NCBI GenBank assembly: GCA_040954595.2
Contig: CM082587.2
Coordinates: forward strand, 8,189,403-8,253,402
Length of the DNA stretch: 64,000 nucleotides
DNA from: Balanoglossus misakiensis
Lineage: Eukaryota; Animalia; Hemichordata
Direction: 5' to 3'
Part shown: positions 1 to 12,289 of the stretch, in pieces
Numbering within the stretch: the stretch's first letter is position 1
How the letters are laid out: each line of letters begins with the position of its first letter
Position numbers and translations under genes: made by a program
The notes under the pieces: generated by a model
What the model was told of the DNA's origin: nothing
What the model saw: the letters and a program-made list of their open reading frames with translations, nothing else
The model's database searches: none

Positions 1-1465
1 GATTTTTTTCATAAAATGAAGAAATTTTGAACTTTCGCAAAGTCGAAAAATGGTCATTTTTGGGTGATTTTCATGAGCTATAACCCATGATTTTTTTCAA
101 AAATTGAAGAATTTTTGACAATTCGCAAAGTCGAAAAATGGTCGTTTTTTGAAGATTTTCATGAGCTATAACCCATGATTTTTTATCAAAAATGAAGAAA
201 TTTTAAAAAATGTTTAAGTCGAAAAATTGACATTTTTTGATAATTTTAATGAGCTATATAACCCATAAAAAGTGTCCAAAAATGACAAAATCACCAAAAT
301 TTTCAAAGTCTAGAATTTGTCATTTTAATGAGCTATAACCCATGAAAAGTGTCCAAAAATGACAAAATCACTAAAATTCCCAAAGTCGAGAATTTGTCAT
401 TTTAATGAGCTATAACCCATGAAAAATGTCCAAAAATGACAAAATCACCAAAATTCCCAAAGTCGAGAATTTGTCATTTTTTGACAATTTTAATGAGCTA
501 TATATAACCTATGAAAATTTTTCACGAGCTGTAACTCATGAAAAATATCCAAAAATGACAAAATCACCGAAGTTCGTTGAGAACTGCTTACTTGAAACTT
601 GTATATAAACATTACACCCTATGTGAAAGGGGTAAAAAAAATCAAAACTCAATGAGAAGACAGCGGCTAGTTTTGAACCCCAGTCCTCCATTCATTTGTC
701 CAAAGACTTAGGCACTGATCCAGGGTGATTGACGATGTATAAGACACCACAAGTATTACATGATGATCAAACTCGTGAAATTTAAAAAAAAAATATGGCT
801 CGGTCTCATTATAGTCAGTACTGTTAAAACTAACTATAATGACACCGAGCCTAATTTCGATCCATAATTTCCACCACATTTTTTTTAAATTGAAGAAATT
901 TTGAAAATTCGCAAAGTCAACAAAATCGTCGTTTTTTGAAGATTTTCATGAGCTATAACCCATGATTTTTTTCAAAAATTGAAGAAATTTGGAAAATTCG
1001 CAAAGTCGAAATATGGTCGTGTTTTGCAGATTTTCATGAGCTATAATCCATGATTTTTTTCAAAAAATGAAGAAATTTTGAACTTTCGCAAAGTCGAAAA
1101 ATTGCCATTTTGGATGATTTTCATGAGCTATAACCCATGATTTTTTTCAAAAAATGAAGAAATTTCGAACTTTCGCAAAGTCGAAAAATTGTCATTTTTG
1201 GATGATTTTCATGAGCTATAACCCATGAATTTATTCAAAAAATGAAGAAATTTTGAACTTTCGCAAAGTCGAAAATTTTTTCGACTTTTTTGAAAAAATC
1301 ATGGGTTATAGCTCATGAAAATCATCCAAAAAGACAATTTTTCGACCTTGCGAAAGTTCAAAATTTCTTTACTTTTTGAAAAAAATCATGGCTTGTGAAA
1401 ATCATCCCAAAATGAAAATTTTTCGACTTTGCGAAGTTTCAAAATTTCTTAATTAAAAAAAATCA

Positions 1466-1466
<1 letters not shown>
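1..1466. repeat. Complex satellite/minisatellite block (~85-90 bp unit built on GAGCTATAACCCATG...TCGCAAAGTCGAAAA) with direct and inverted units
   Basis: The unit 'tttcatgagctataacccatgatttttttcaaaaaatgaagaaattttgaactttcgcaaagtcgaaaa' recurs over 1-240 and 880-1275. Variant shorter units lie at 240-580, inverted copies at ~1280-1466, and a unique spacer at ~590-880. Confidence 0.9.
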
Positions 1467-1947
<481 letters not shown>

Positions 1948-2004
1948 AATGCCATTTGAAGATTTACCCTGAAAGCGTAATATCTATTGATTCTCTTGTG
2001 GCAG

Positions 2005-4389
2005 ATTTTCTGTGTCTATCACATATTATGGCTTCGTCTACAATGCGACATCGCTTGCGGGGAATGATTACATTAACGTCGCTTTAGCCGGTGCTGTTGA
2101 GATACCTGCTAACATTATCATAGTTCTGCTGGTCGAAACAAAGTTAGGACGCAAGTATTCGTTCCTTGGAGGTAGTGCACTGACCGCTGCAGCATCTATT
2201 GGAGCTATATTCGTACCCAGCTGTGAGTTATAGAATTTTCATCTATCTATCTATCTACACGTGTGTCGTTCGTTGATTCATTCATTCATTCATTCATCCA
2301 TCCATCCATCCATCCATAAATTCATAGGCGAGGCAGAGAGAAGAAGGTTCGACAGACAGACCGACAGACAGACAGACAGACAGACATAGGCGGGTGATTC
2401 GGAACCCTGGGTTCAGGTCGTAGATCTCTACCTCACAAAATTTCGCATTATTATAATTCTCTCTTCTGGCTGTCGAGTGTTAACAAAGTGTGTCCTGTTT
2501 ATATCATTTCGTACGGTATAGGTAGTAACTTCCTGTGGATTAAAACTGCATTAAACGTGGTCGGAAAAAGCACAATCACCTCGCTCTGCACTCTATCGTT
2601 CTTATACGCCTCGGAGTTGTATCCTACTGAAGTAAGGTATGGTTTATCACAGTCCCTATATCAAAATAACATGGAAATGGGATGCAAGTATACTCAAATT
2701 GTGTTTGTCGTGATATCGGTTCTACCTTGAACTTGTTTTGACTTACATGGGAACCTACCAACAGCCGGATGGAAAACCACCCCTATTCAATGTTTCTTAA
2801 CGTTTCGCATACATACATTGATCAAAATAGTGCTAATATACACATGATGACTGACAATGAGGGCAACAGTGTATTTTGATGACCGAGGGCGCTGCTAGTC
2901 ACAACTAAAACAGTCTTGTCTTCCCTCGGGCTATGCCCAAGGGAAAACAGACTGTTTTGGTGTGACTGGCAGTCCCGAGGTCATCAAAATACACTGTTGC
3001 CCGAATATGTCAGTCGCCATGTGTTTTGTAACACACCAAACACGGAATTATATCAAGACGGGGCAACAGTACCGGGCAGAAACCGATCGAAATGATGCCC
3101 TAGGGAACAGTTCGAAATGACTAAGGTCACGTGACGGCGTATTGACGAATCACGATCGAGGGTTCGCTGCATGGTGTGTTACAATTCGAAATGACTAAGG
3201 TCACGTGACGGCGTATTGACGAATCACGATCGAGAGTTCGCTGCATGGTGTGTTATAATAGTATATGTTCACCTCATCATTTGAATATCTTTCCACAGAT
3301 CCCTGGGTGTCAGTGTTGGCAGTACATTTGCTCTGTTTGGTGGCACGCTGGCGCCTCAAATTCTGCTTGCGGGAACACTGTGGGACCCCTTGCCTATGGT
3401 CGTGTTTGCCGCTGTTATTACTGTTGCTGGTTTGGCAGTGCTTTTGTTGCCGGAGACAAGAGGAAAGAGACTCGAGCAGACTATTGAAGAAGGCGAGGCC
3501 GCTACTGGCGGGAAGTACAAGTACGTATACACACTCTGTCGCTACGGGGATCACCGAACAGGCATAGATAGACATTCGCCTAAATGCCAGTCCTCGTTGG
3601 TAATTATTTAAAGCACGTAGCTCGTCTCACACGCATGTTCCAAATGTAGCCGCTGGTTACAGACGTTTAGTGAACAGTCAATCCCATAAGGCAGTGCTCA
3701 CACAAGATGGCGGCGTTCATAATCTGTGTCGGAGATCGGGAAAAGACACTAGCTTGGGTGAAAAGGAGGGACAAAACCAGAATCTACTTATACGTTGCGC
3801 ATGAAATATGGAAGGAAGCGAAGGCAGTCCACTATTTGAATGCACCCAACGGAAAATTTGCTGGGAAGTTACGCGCATGTGCGTGAGACGAGCTACGCAG
3901 TGCATGGTTATCACATTCCATTGCTTAACATGTACTATGTTGAGAAAAGTGTAACAATATTGTCATTTTCTTGAAATTTTCACAAGAAAGTGCTAAAATT
4001 GGAGCATTATTTTATATTGATATACAGAAAACACAATGTCACCGCGCTTGATTTTTTGATAGAGATGTTCAGATATTTTCACCATAGTAACATTTTCAGC
4101 GCGAGAAAAGTGCTGACTCAGCATTTCCCACACTATTTAAGACACGCTTACTGAAAAAAGTAGCATGGGAACACCCTATTTTCTCTATATATTTGTTTTA
4201 AAACATTCATTGATATATAATGTATATAAATCAGGAAAAGGACAATATTCTAACTGTTGAGTTGTCATCTGGCATTTATACCATCTGTACCAGTACATTG
4301 GGTCACCGATCAGTTGTTCCACCAATCTATTTTGCTATTATTGACCTCTTCACAGGAAGGCCGCTCAAAAAGTCAGCACGTTAGTGTAA
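2005..4389 (+). CDS. SLC22-family (organic cation/anion transporter-like, MFS) gene, 3' part. Exons 2005-2222, 2522-2636, 3299-3520 and probable last exon 4356-4389
   Basis: AG/GT-bounded exons join in frame: FSVSITYYGFVYN..LAGAVEIPA..LGRK; LYASELYPTEVR|SLG..GGTLAP..LLLPETRGKRLEQTIEE. These are the SLC22 motifs YYG, ELYPT.R and LPET.G. The last exon (KAAQKVSTLV*) is less certain. An AATAAA follows at ~4600. The 5' exons lie before the window. Confidence 0.9.
2840..3258. mobile_element. Non-autonomous repeat in SLC22 intron: ~185-bp imperfect palindrome followed by a duplicated ~72-bp tail
   Basis: 'acacatg..gggcaacagtgtattttgatgacc..aaaacagtct' pairs with 'agactgtttt..ggtcatcaaaatacactgttgccc..catgtgt' over 2840-3024. 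A tandem duplicate lies at 3111-3181 and 3185-3255. Confidence 0.7.
3616..3897. mobile_element. MITE with ~22-bp terminal inverted repeats
   Basis: CGTAGCTCGTCTCACACGCATG ... CATGTGCGTGAGACGAGCTACG. Confidence 0.8.
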
Positions 4390-5299
4390 TTGCAGTCACT
4401 GAAAAGCGACAGCTCGTGGACTTTGGTCTGGGTATACGAGAAGTATATACAAGCAGTGTACTCTTTTGAGGTCAATAACGTTGGAAACTCGCTTCCAGTG
4501 AATACTACATGTGTTTGTACACAGTAAAAACCTAAGGCTAACAGTTTTATTGAATAATTTTTTTCATTAAGAGAATTGTTACTGGATATTTTGGACATGA
4601 ATAAAATATCAATGCTGCCATCAGTAAAAATAATATTTATTTATTTATCTATTTATTCTTTCAATCATTTATTCACTAATCCATCCATTCAATCATTCAT
4701 TCATTCATTAATGCGATCGCTGCTTGGACAAGTGTGGTGATTAATTATATTGACCAATTCTAATTCTTCCGTGATGTCCGTTGACAGTGTGTAGGAATTT
4801 CTATATATCCAGACATTCCTCCACCGAGGTTCAACTCGGATATTTTGTAGATGCACTCTATTCCATTAACGTAAAATGAAACATGATTTTTCGACACTTT
4901 GTGCCAGCTGACTCCGCTGTAAATTTTCAAAATAAGATTTAAACACATGCTACGTGTGAATGTAAAAATAGGACACGTTATTTACATTTCCTTCTTTGAT
5001 AACCCATAAATAACATTTGGGGGTGGGGCTGTCAACAGTTAACCCAGTAACCGCAACTTGCGACAAATATTTGCACCAGCGACTACATTGTGTGTTTGTG
5101 CAAACGCACGACAAATCCGTCAGCATGAGGGTTTATTTCCGTTCCTGTTGAATTCTGAGAGTGGGATACGCTGATTGCGCAGTTATCTGTTGTCTTTATT
5201 GTCACTTGGACTATATATAATTACAAAACAAAGTACATTTGTCTAATTCAAATCCAGCAAATTCACAAATTAATTGAGTGGGTGTCATTTTCCATCACA

Positions 5300-6620
5300 G
5301 TGACTCTAGTCAGATAAGCATCCACTTTTTGTGCGATACCCAGTAAAGTAATGAAACCATTTATATTTGGTAATACTGTTTTACATAGCAGCAATTGAAA
5401 GGATATTTTCATGGATTTCCGTGAATTCTTAGATGAATACACATGAGACTGTGTTTTTTTCTCTAGTCAGACATCAAAAGAAAGGGTTTCGATCATGATG
5501 TTACATTTGTTCTGCTATCTAATCTCTGCATATTTATAGAACTCTTAAAACATAATTACTCTCATTAAAAAGATGCAAGCGACTTTCTTCAATATTACCA
5601 TAAAAAGTATATTTGTCTGAATAAACTTTGATTCATATCTTTATTTTTTTTAAATGTTAGTCGCGAGAATTCTACTGAGTATTCTGTAGTGAAGGCAGCT
5701 TACAGCTGATTCATTTGTGATAATAAAGGGCAATAAAATACAGTCGAATTTACTAAAGATGCGTGACCACTTTTGTTTGCATTTCATTCCTTTGTAAATA
5801 ACCGTATCTCAAACAGTATCGCATAACTTTTTTTGTATGACCCTTTGGAAAAAATATTTGGGGACATTTCATGTTCAATTTTTTTTTAAAAGCGATCGGC
5901 GTATTTTTAGCCAGAGTCGAAGAATTGCATTTCCCACTGATCAATCCCCTATATTTGAGACGGTTCGGTGTAAAAGTATGATTATCGCAAAAAAAAGCTT
6001 GGTATGTCAGAAAAGAGCAAGTCTCATCTAGAAGATCTGAAAGATACTTAACTCCATTGTGAATTAAAGTCTGTGACATTATTCACCATCACTTCGGGAC
6101 ATCTTACAGAGTGTGTTTGTCCAACTTAGTGAGTAACACGGAGAACCAGAAACTGTTTACGGAAAACGGAAACGTGCTGATGCCACCCCTAAATGTAAAC
6201 AATTTAGCCCACTGAGCATCCCGATTAAACTGCTCTATGAATCCATGACACATGGATTGCTTGGATAAATGAAGGGAGGTGTGTCATTCGAAGACCGCCT
6301 TGTTTATGATCACAGCAGAGTCGTATATAAAACTGAAAGATTGAGTCGTGTGCGGGCGCTCCGGTGCATTGCTATGTTCATAGGCACGCCGGAGCGCCCG
6401 CACATGACTGAATCTTTCAATCTCAGTCGTAACATGTTTAACATATCTTGCTTTGAACTCCAAATGAAATTATAGAAAATGTTTGAAATAGCGACTAACT
6501 TGTTGTTAGTCATTGGGGTGGTGAAGAAAAAATGTGGATGAACTTTGACAGGGCGAGTGTCTTGATAACAATGATTTTGCCACATAAAGACCAGTCATCC
6601 GAGAGAACCTCCACTTCCTG
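5300..6620 (-). mobile_element. Decayed L1/Tx1-like non-LTR retrotransposon (3' half of ORF2), interrupted
   Basis: Frameshifted minus-strand fragments SLCGKIIVIKTLALSKFIHIFSS, IFYNFIWSSKQD, NGVKYLSDLLDE..FLTYQAF and LHYRILSRILATN resemble the post-RT and zf-RVT regions of L1/Tx1 ORF2. Outer boundaries are approximate. Confidence 0.75.
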
Positions 6621-7109
6621 TATCTTTCGTACAAATTTTAGATTCTCAAAAATATCACAGTGCAATAAACCCGGTGTTTTTTGGTAGATTCTCAAAAATC
6701 TCTGTAATGATTCTATGAATGTGTATCTATCAATGAGCTCTCTTGAGCGATGTGCTTAATTTTTCGTGCTAAAAATCGATCCTGGTTTTCTTTAAAATCC
6801 CAGACACGCTTTGTATGATAGCTACGACAGCTGGCATCCACGCAAATTTGAGCCGGATATCCCAAAGCTTCAAGAAAACTTTTTTGAAGATTATTTAAAT
6901 TGCTTGTGTAAACAATAGTCATAACGAAGTAACTATGATCTAAGCTTCCAGAAAATATATATTTAGGCCGGCATTTTGAGCTCGATAATTAGTAGAGAAA
7001 CGTTTATTTCAAAAAGCGAATTTCGTAAGTTGCATCCTTGTCATGGATTTTGAAGCTTGCCTACGCCCTGCAGGTGTGGACACAGACCACATATATGTAC
7101 ATTAGCTAT

Positions 7110-7195
7110 TAGCCTGGTCACCATACCCAGTGTGTTTTAGATAGACTCACACACTAGTCTATCTAAAACACACTGGGTATATGGTGACCAGGCTA
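7110..7195. mobile_element. 86-bp palindromic mini-MITE with 9-bp target-site duplication
   Basis: TAGCCTGGTCACCATACCCAGTGTGTTTTAGATAGACT...AGTCTATCTAAAACACACTGGGTATATGGTGACCAGGCTA, flanked by ATTAGCTAT at 7101-7109 and 7196-7204. Confidence 0.85.
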
Positions 7196-7792
7196 ATTAG
7201 CTATGATCTAGACGGATGCATGGGCACAATACTTTACACCATGTGTGTCCATTGTGCATTTATTACATCAAGTGAGTCGGTGATTATGTAATACACTGTG
7301 TACTGTAGGTTCCTTTCACAATACACGTCAATACAGCAAGTAGGGCTTCTTGCAGACAGACATGAGCGTCGGAAAGGACGGTGTGTCATGTCTTCGTATT
7401 GAATGTCGGCGAGTTCTTTATACAAGCAGGTGAGTACAGACTTTAAGGCGAGTCCAGTCATAAATGATGCCAAATGCGAGAACTTGGTCATACTATAGCC
7501 TAGGCCTAAGTGGCAGAATGAAGTCGAAGAGCACTGAATAATAACAGACAATGGTGGTACAGGTACAATGTATGTGTGTACACTGCTCTTCCCAACGTCA
7601 ATACAGGGCGTCAATTTTACTGTGCCTAAACCTCGCACTACTATTAAGCGCCAACAAGAAGATTTATTTGCATTTAGGCCTAAAATCATCAAGGGCTAAT
7701 TGCCTTTGAACGGTATTATATGTGAAGTCACTGATATAACATGTATACCCAGTCTCTCCACTATGGACTGGCTGTTGTTCATTCATGGACTT

Positions 7793-7870
7793 AGTCTAGA
7801 ATCCAGACTAGCGTTTTTGTTCGTTTATGCTCTACAGCGAAAACACACACACTGGTCTGGATTCTAGACT
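7793..7870. mobile_element. Short hairpin MITE-like element
   Basis: Inverted termini AGTCTAGAATCCAGACTAG ... CTGGTCTGGATTCTAGACT. Confidence 0.65.
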
Positions 7871-8722
7871 TCGGTCAGGCTTGCTGCGGATTAACATGGA
7901 GATAGGCACCTGCATGCTAACGGCCAAGGACGTACCAGAAGCCGTCCATGCACGGTCTCTCCAAAGACCGTACAGTACAATAGAGCATGAATAGAGCGAT
8001 CGAGGAAGATCGTTGTCTGTGGAGACGATTTGTTGCATAACCGCCGTATGTAAAATGTCAAACACAGCCAGGTACAACCATACCTCCATGGTACACTACA
8101 ACTAATTCACCGTCGATATTTCCGATAACTCTCGCTTCGGGCGCTCAACATATGTCATAATCCAATAATCCATAAGGCGCTGACTGACGAAACACGAATC
8201 GGGCCCCCACAATTAACGGTACGAGTATGTGACACCGCTTGCGTTTAGATCTCCGATTCTGCAATATATGGATTCTGTATATAGGCAAGGGCTTCGGGAA
8301 GTCATTTTTTGTCCAAGGAGACGGCGAATATGGAAATTGCTATTAACATACACTGGACTCGCTGTAAATATCTACATGTATTTCTACTGGGCCTCGAGCT
8401 CGTTATGATAGACATTGGGCAAATCGGTCAGATTCAGTATTTCTTGTATGCGTCTCAAAACTGAGCGATTAAAATGGAGACTCCGCTTACATGTGTTGAG
8501 TATTCAAAATGAGTTTTTGGGAAATTTTGCAACCGACAATTTGTCAACCTACTGTTGCATTTTTCGCTTACTTTTTATTAGAGGTATACAGACAGTCACG
8601 TCCACTTTATACGCCCATATATGGCTGAAATGGCGTATTTGATCGTTCAAATACGCCATATGGTGGTGCTCTTTTTTTCGTGTGGGCCACCTAATGAAAA
8701 CCTGTGATTGGCTAGATCTCAA

Positions 8723-8736
8723 TTTGCCATGGTAAC
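8723..8736. promoter_or_regulatory. Candidate RFX X-box near the sialyltransferase start
   Basis: TTTGCCATGGTAAC resembles GTTNCCATGGNAAC. An ATTGG (reverse CCAAT) lies at ~8707, and a second X-box-like site GTTTCCATGGCTAC at 8871-8884. Confidence 0.35.
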
Positions 8737-8876
8737 TATAGCTACATTTGCATAGGTGACCGTATACCTTTAATTTCCTTTTACCAGATGCCGTACGTGT
8801 ACTGTGGACAGATGAGAGCGCTGGGTGACGACACGAGAGTTGAACGGCTGTGCACTGCCCATCACCAACGGTTTCC

Positions 8877-11699
8877 ATGGCTACAGGATTGACAAACTAT
8901 CGTACAGTCAGACATTTGCTCGCCATTTGTGTGGTTTTTAGCCTCGTTGTTTCCTGTATTGTATATGTTCACTTTCTTCAAGGGGCATCAACAAGTCTCA
9001 CTGTTTCTGTCAAAGGTCTGGCGACACAGATCAATGGCAGCAGGTTCGTTGAAGGCCGGGATGCAAAACATAATCATAGAAACAAGGTAGTCAACCCTAA
9101 AATAGCAGATTTTGAAAATACCGCTACAATCGAAGATGATACCAATGCAATACGGAGCTCCAGGAATAACGACCTCAACAATTCAACAACTGATGCCGAC
9201 ATCAAAACTCTTAGAATTGGAAAGCGGAGACCACGACATCGAAAACTGTCAAGGAAAAAACAAGACGAGAACACACAGGCTGAAAATGAAAACCGGACTA
9301 CGAATTCACCGGTCAAAAGTCGTCCAGATCTATTACTGAGAAGAGCGCTCGCAAACATCACAAATGCGATAAGACGTAAGGCGGTTATGAGTGCGGAATC
9401 CACATTATCAAACACAACAAGTGCCGAAATAACACTTCTGTTAAAACATTACGAAGAAGGTTTCGATGACTCCCACATCTCTCGGAATAATACATGGGGT
9501 ATCCCGCCCAGTAAAATCCACCGCAGAAGGAAAGGAGACGGCGACGGCGGCGATGCAGGAAGGAAATTGGTGTGTATGCTACAACGGCATGCTATGTTGG
9601 TCACCTTGGATACGGATGTTACCCCTTTCAAAGAGCTTGGTGTCGCGCAATACTTTCCAAATATGCGATTTCTGGATGCTTACAAGACACCCTTTAATAG
9701 ATGTGCAGTGGTTGGCAGTTCCAGGTACCTGAATAATTTCACCGTTGGTTCTGAAATAGGTAAGTCATGTAACAATTTAGGTCATTGACGTAAAATTAAC
9801 ATAAGGTCTCTAGTATTGTTTCAAACTAAACTTTCGATTTCCGATCAGTTCGTACCCAGAGACCAGGAATCGAAACGGAGAGATTCTACAGACTGATCTA
9901 TATCGACGAATAAATAAATAAAAACAGAAAAAATCGCAACCTTGACTAATTTTACATGATTTTTTATCTCAGTAAAATCTACAAAATCTGTTTTACATCA
10001 TATTTCTTGCATTTAAAAAAAAATACTGGAAAATAGCCAAAAGTTAGCCTAACGCACTTTCCTATACCTGAAGCGGTAAGAGGGTTGCCACCATGAAAAC
10101 AGTGACGAGAAATATTTCTTTTGATATGTTTGAAGAAGTAAAATAAAATACAATGTTCATTGGTTATTACTTCAACAGATGCACATGATGCTGTCATGCG
10201 AATCAATGCAGCCCCAGTGAAGGGATATGAAGAGATAGTTGGCAACAAAACGACATTCCATCTTCTCAACAGCCAACTACTGGAGGGGAGATTATTTCGA
10301 CAGATTAAAGAGACTTATTACGGAAACGTCACCCACATAGTGTGGAAAGGAGGACCGTATAGTGGAAATCTTTACCGGGTAAGTTATAAAACATCGAGGT
10401 TGTTTACCGGAGATGGTGTTCTAAGAATGATGACAAGGGGGGGGGGGGGGTATCCAACAGAAGCTAGAGTTTTTGTCTTTGTTCAGTCACGAGGACAGTG
10501 GGTTGCGCGTGTTTGGGGATATTGTTGATCAACATAATTTCTGTCATTTTGTTTGGTTTGATTTTCAGTGGTACAAGAAAGCCAGGAGTGCAAGGAGGTT
10601 TTTCAGTGGTTACATCGAGTGGAATTATCTGTATCCTGCGGAAGCCATGCACGTCATTAATCCAAAGTCTCTGTGGAATGCCTGGGATGTCATGCAAGAT
10701 CACTGTCATCAACACAGTGGTCTAAATCCGCCCTCATCTGGATTTACAGGTAGGGAACTATAGAAACGTACAGACATTTGTGAATTTCATTATCACTGGG
10801 TTGTTCATACTAGCCAAGTGCAGTGCTCTCCCCAGGATTTTGGGAAAGCGTGGCAGCTAATTTGCATATTATTTACATATCAATCTCATTAATTTTGTAT
10901 GGGAGTAGCCTATCCATGCTTTGTCATTTGAGGTTGGACCTGTTATCGCTATGTTGTTCATTGTCTATCATATGTGTAATTGTGATGATTTATTTAAAGG
11001 CGTTATGAAAGCAATTGTAAAGAATTTATGTTTTGTCCGAATGTGAAATGGTTGCGTTCATACTTATGTCATTTTTGTTCAAGTTAAAATATCAATTCTT
11101 TTTGTGCTTACCAATATATGAGTGACGATTGTGTCAATTTCTGGACAAACCAAATCATCCCCAAGTTAATCATACTGACAATTCAAAATGGCCGCCAATC
11201 TCTGATGAACTGTATGATCACCAGTTTAAATCATTGATTTTTTTTAGAAAAAAGATGTACTGAGCCTCATATTTTCTTTTTGAATTGCAAAGTGATGTTT
11301 ACATACAAGCTTACTTATTGCAAAACCTGGACAGATCTATCATTATAGGATTTATTTTTTTCTTCTTCAAAATCCATCTTCATGATGAAGTCAATTTTCC
11401 ACTCACGTCCGTATTTTGACATCTGTTAAATACCCATCCATTGACTTTTCACAGCTATCCAAGTGATGCTGCCAATCTGCACAGAAGTGAATGTGTATGG
11501 AATGATCTACCCAGAATTCAACTCATCCACGTGTCATTACTACGACAGCAAACGCTGTAACTCTCTCAACTGGCATCCGATATCCAAGGAGAAATGTTTC
11601 ATCAGAAAACTGAACGTGGGGAACGAGACGGATATTTATGAACACGCTAAAATTACAATACCAGGCTACCCGGCGATTAATTGCGTCGACATTTTGTAA
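8877..11699 (+). CDS. GT29 sialyltransferase, ST6Gal-like (beta-galactoside alpha-2,6-sialyltransferase type), 502 aa. Exons 8877-9759, 10179-10378, 10569-10749, 11455-11699
   Basis: Type II TM anchor (LLAICVVFSLVVSCIVYV), long stem, sialylmotif L (RCAVVGSS..GSEID.HDAVMRINAAP..GYE..VG.KTT), motif S (PPSSGFTAIQVMLPICTEVNVYG), motif III (HYYD) and motif VS (HP...E). All junctions are GT-AG and in phase (1509 nt). A likely 5' UTR acceptor lies at 8788. Confidence 0.93.
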
Positions 11700-12271
11700 C
11701 CATGGACTTCTATGGAGGCTTTTAAACTGTAATGAGCAAGCATAAGTTTATTTTTCTGACAAAATCACAAAGGTAAATTTACATCGTTTTTCCCCAGTGT
11801 CTGCTCACAAAACCATGTAAACATATTTATTTGCAGCAACCACTTCTGACATGAAAACCAGAGATACTGTAGAAACTGTGTGAATGAAACTAGCAACTCA
11901 AATGAAACGCAATGGAATAGTTTTTAACTTTCTGAAGCACCTATTTGATAAAAGCCATCCAGAGTAACATTGGCTTATGTATGAAAACAAGTTGAAGACA
12001 ATCTTGCTTTGTCACATACAATGTGATTGAGCATAGAAGTGTGAAATTATTGGCATTGGCCCAGTCTGATTAAAATCAGATGTAGAGAGGAGGACATCTA
12101 AGAACAGAACAGCAAATGACCAGCAATTACTAAAAGATTCCCTCCATTATTAACTCACAATAGTCATATAAAAAACAAGTTTTATGTATTTAGTTTACAG
12201 TATTTCTACATGAAATGTCGCATACTCGTATAAATATTTTCTATAAAGCTATCGCCTAAACTTGTTGCTGG

Positions 12272-12289
12272 TGCGCCCTCAAGTGGCAA
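12272..12289 (-). promoter_or_regulatory. Candidate CTCF site between the sialyltransferase and acyl-CoA synthetase genes
   Basis: The reverse complement TTGCCACTTGAGGGCGCA resembles the CTCF consensus TGGCCACCAGGGGGCGC. Confidence 0.45.

Noticed and set aside
9074-9732. Antisense and alternate-frame ORFs over the sialyltransferase exon (likewise over the acyl-CoA synthetase CDS)
   Set aside because: Shadow ORFs of real coding sequence with no motifs of their own.
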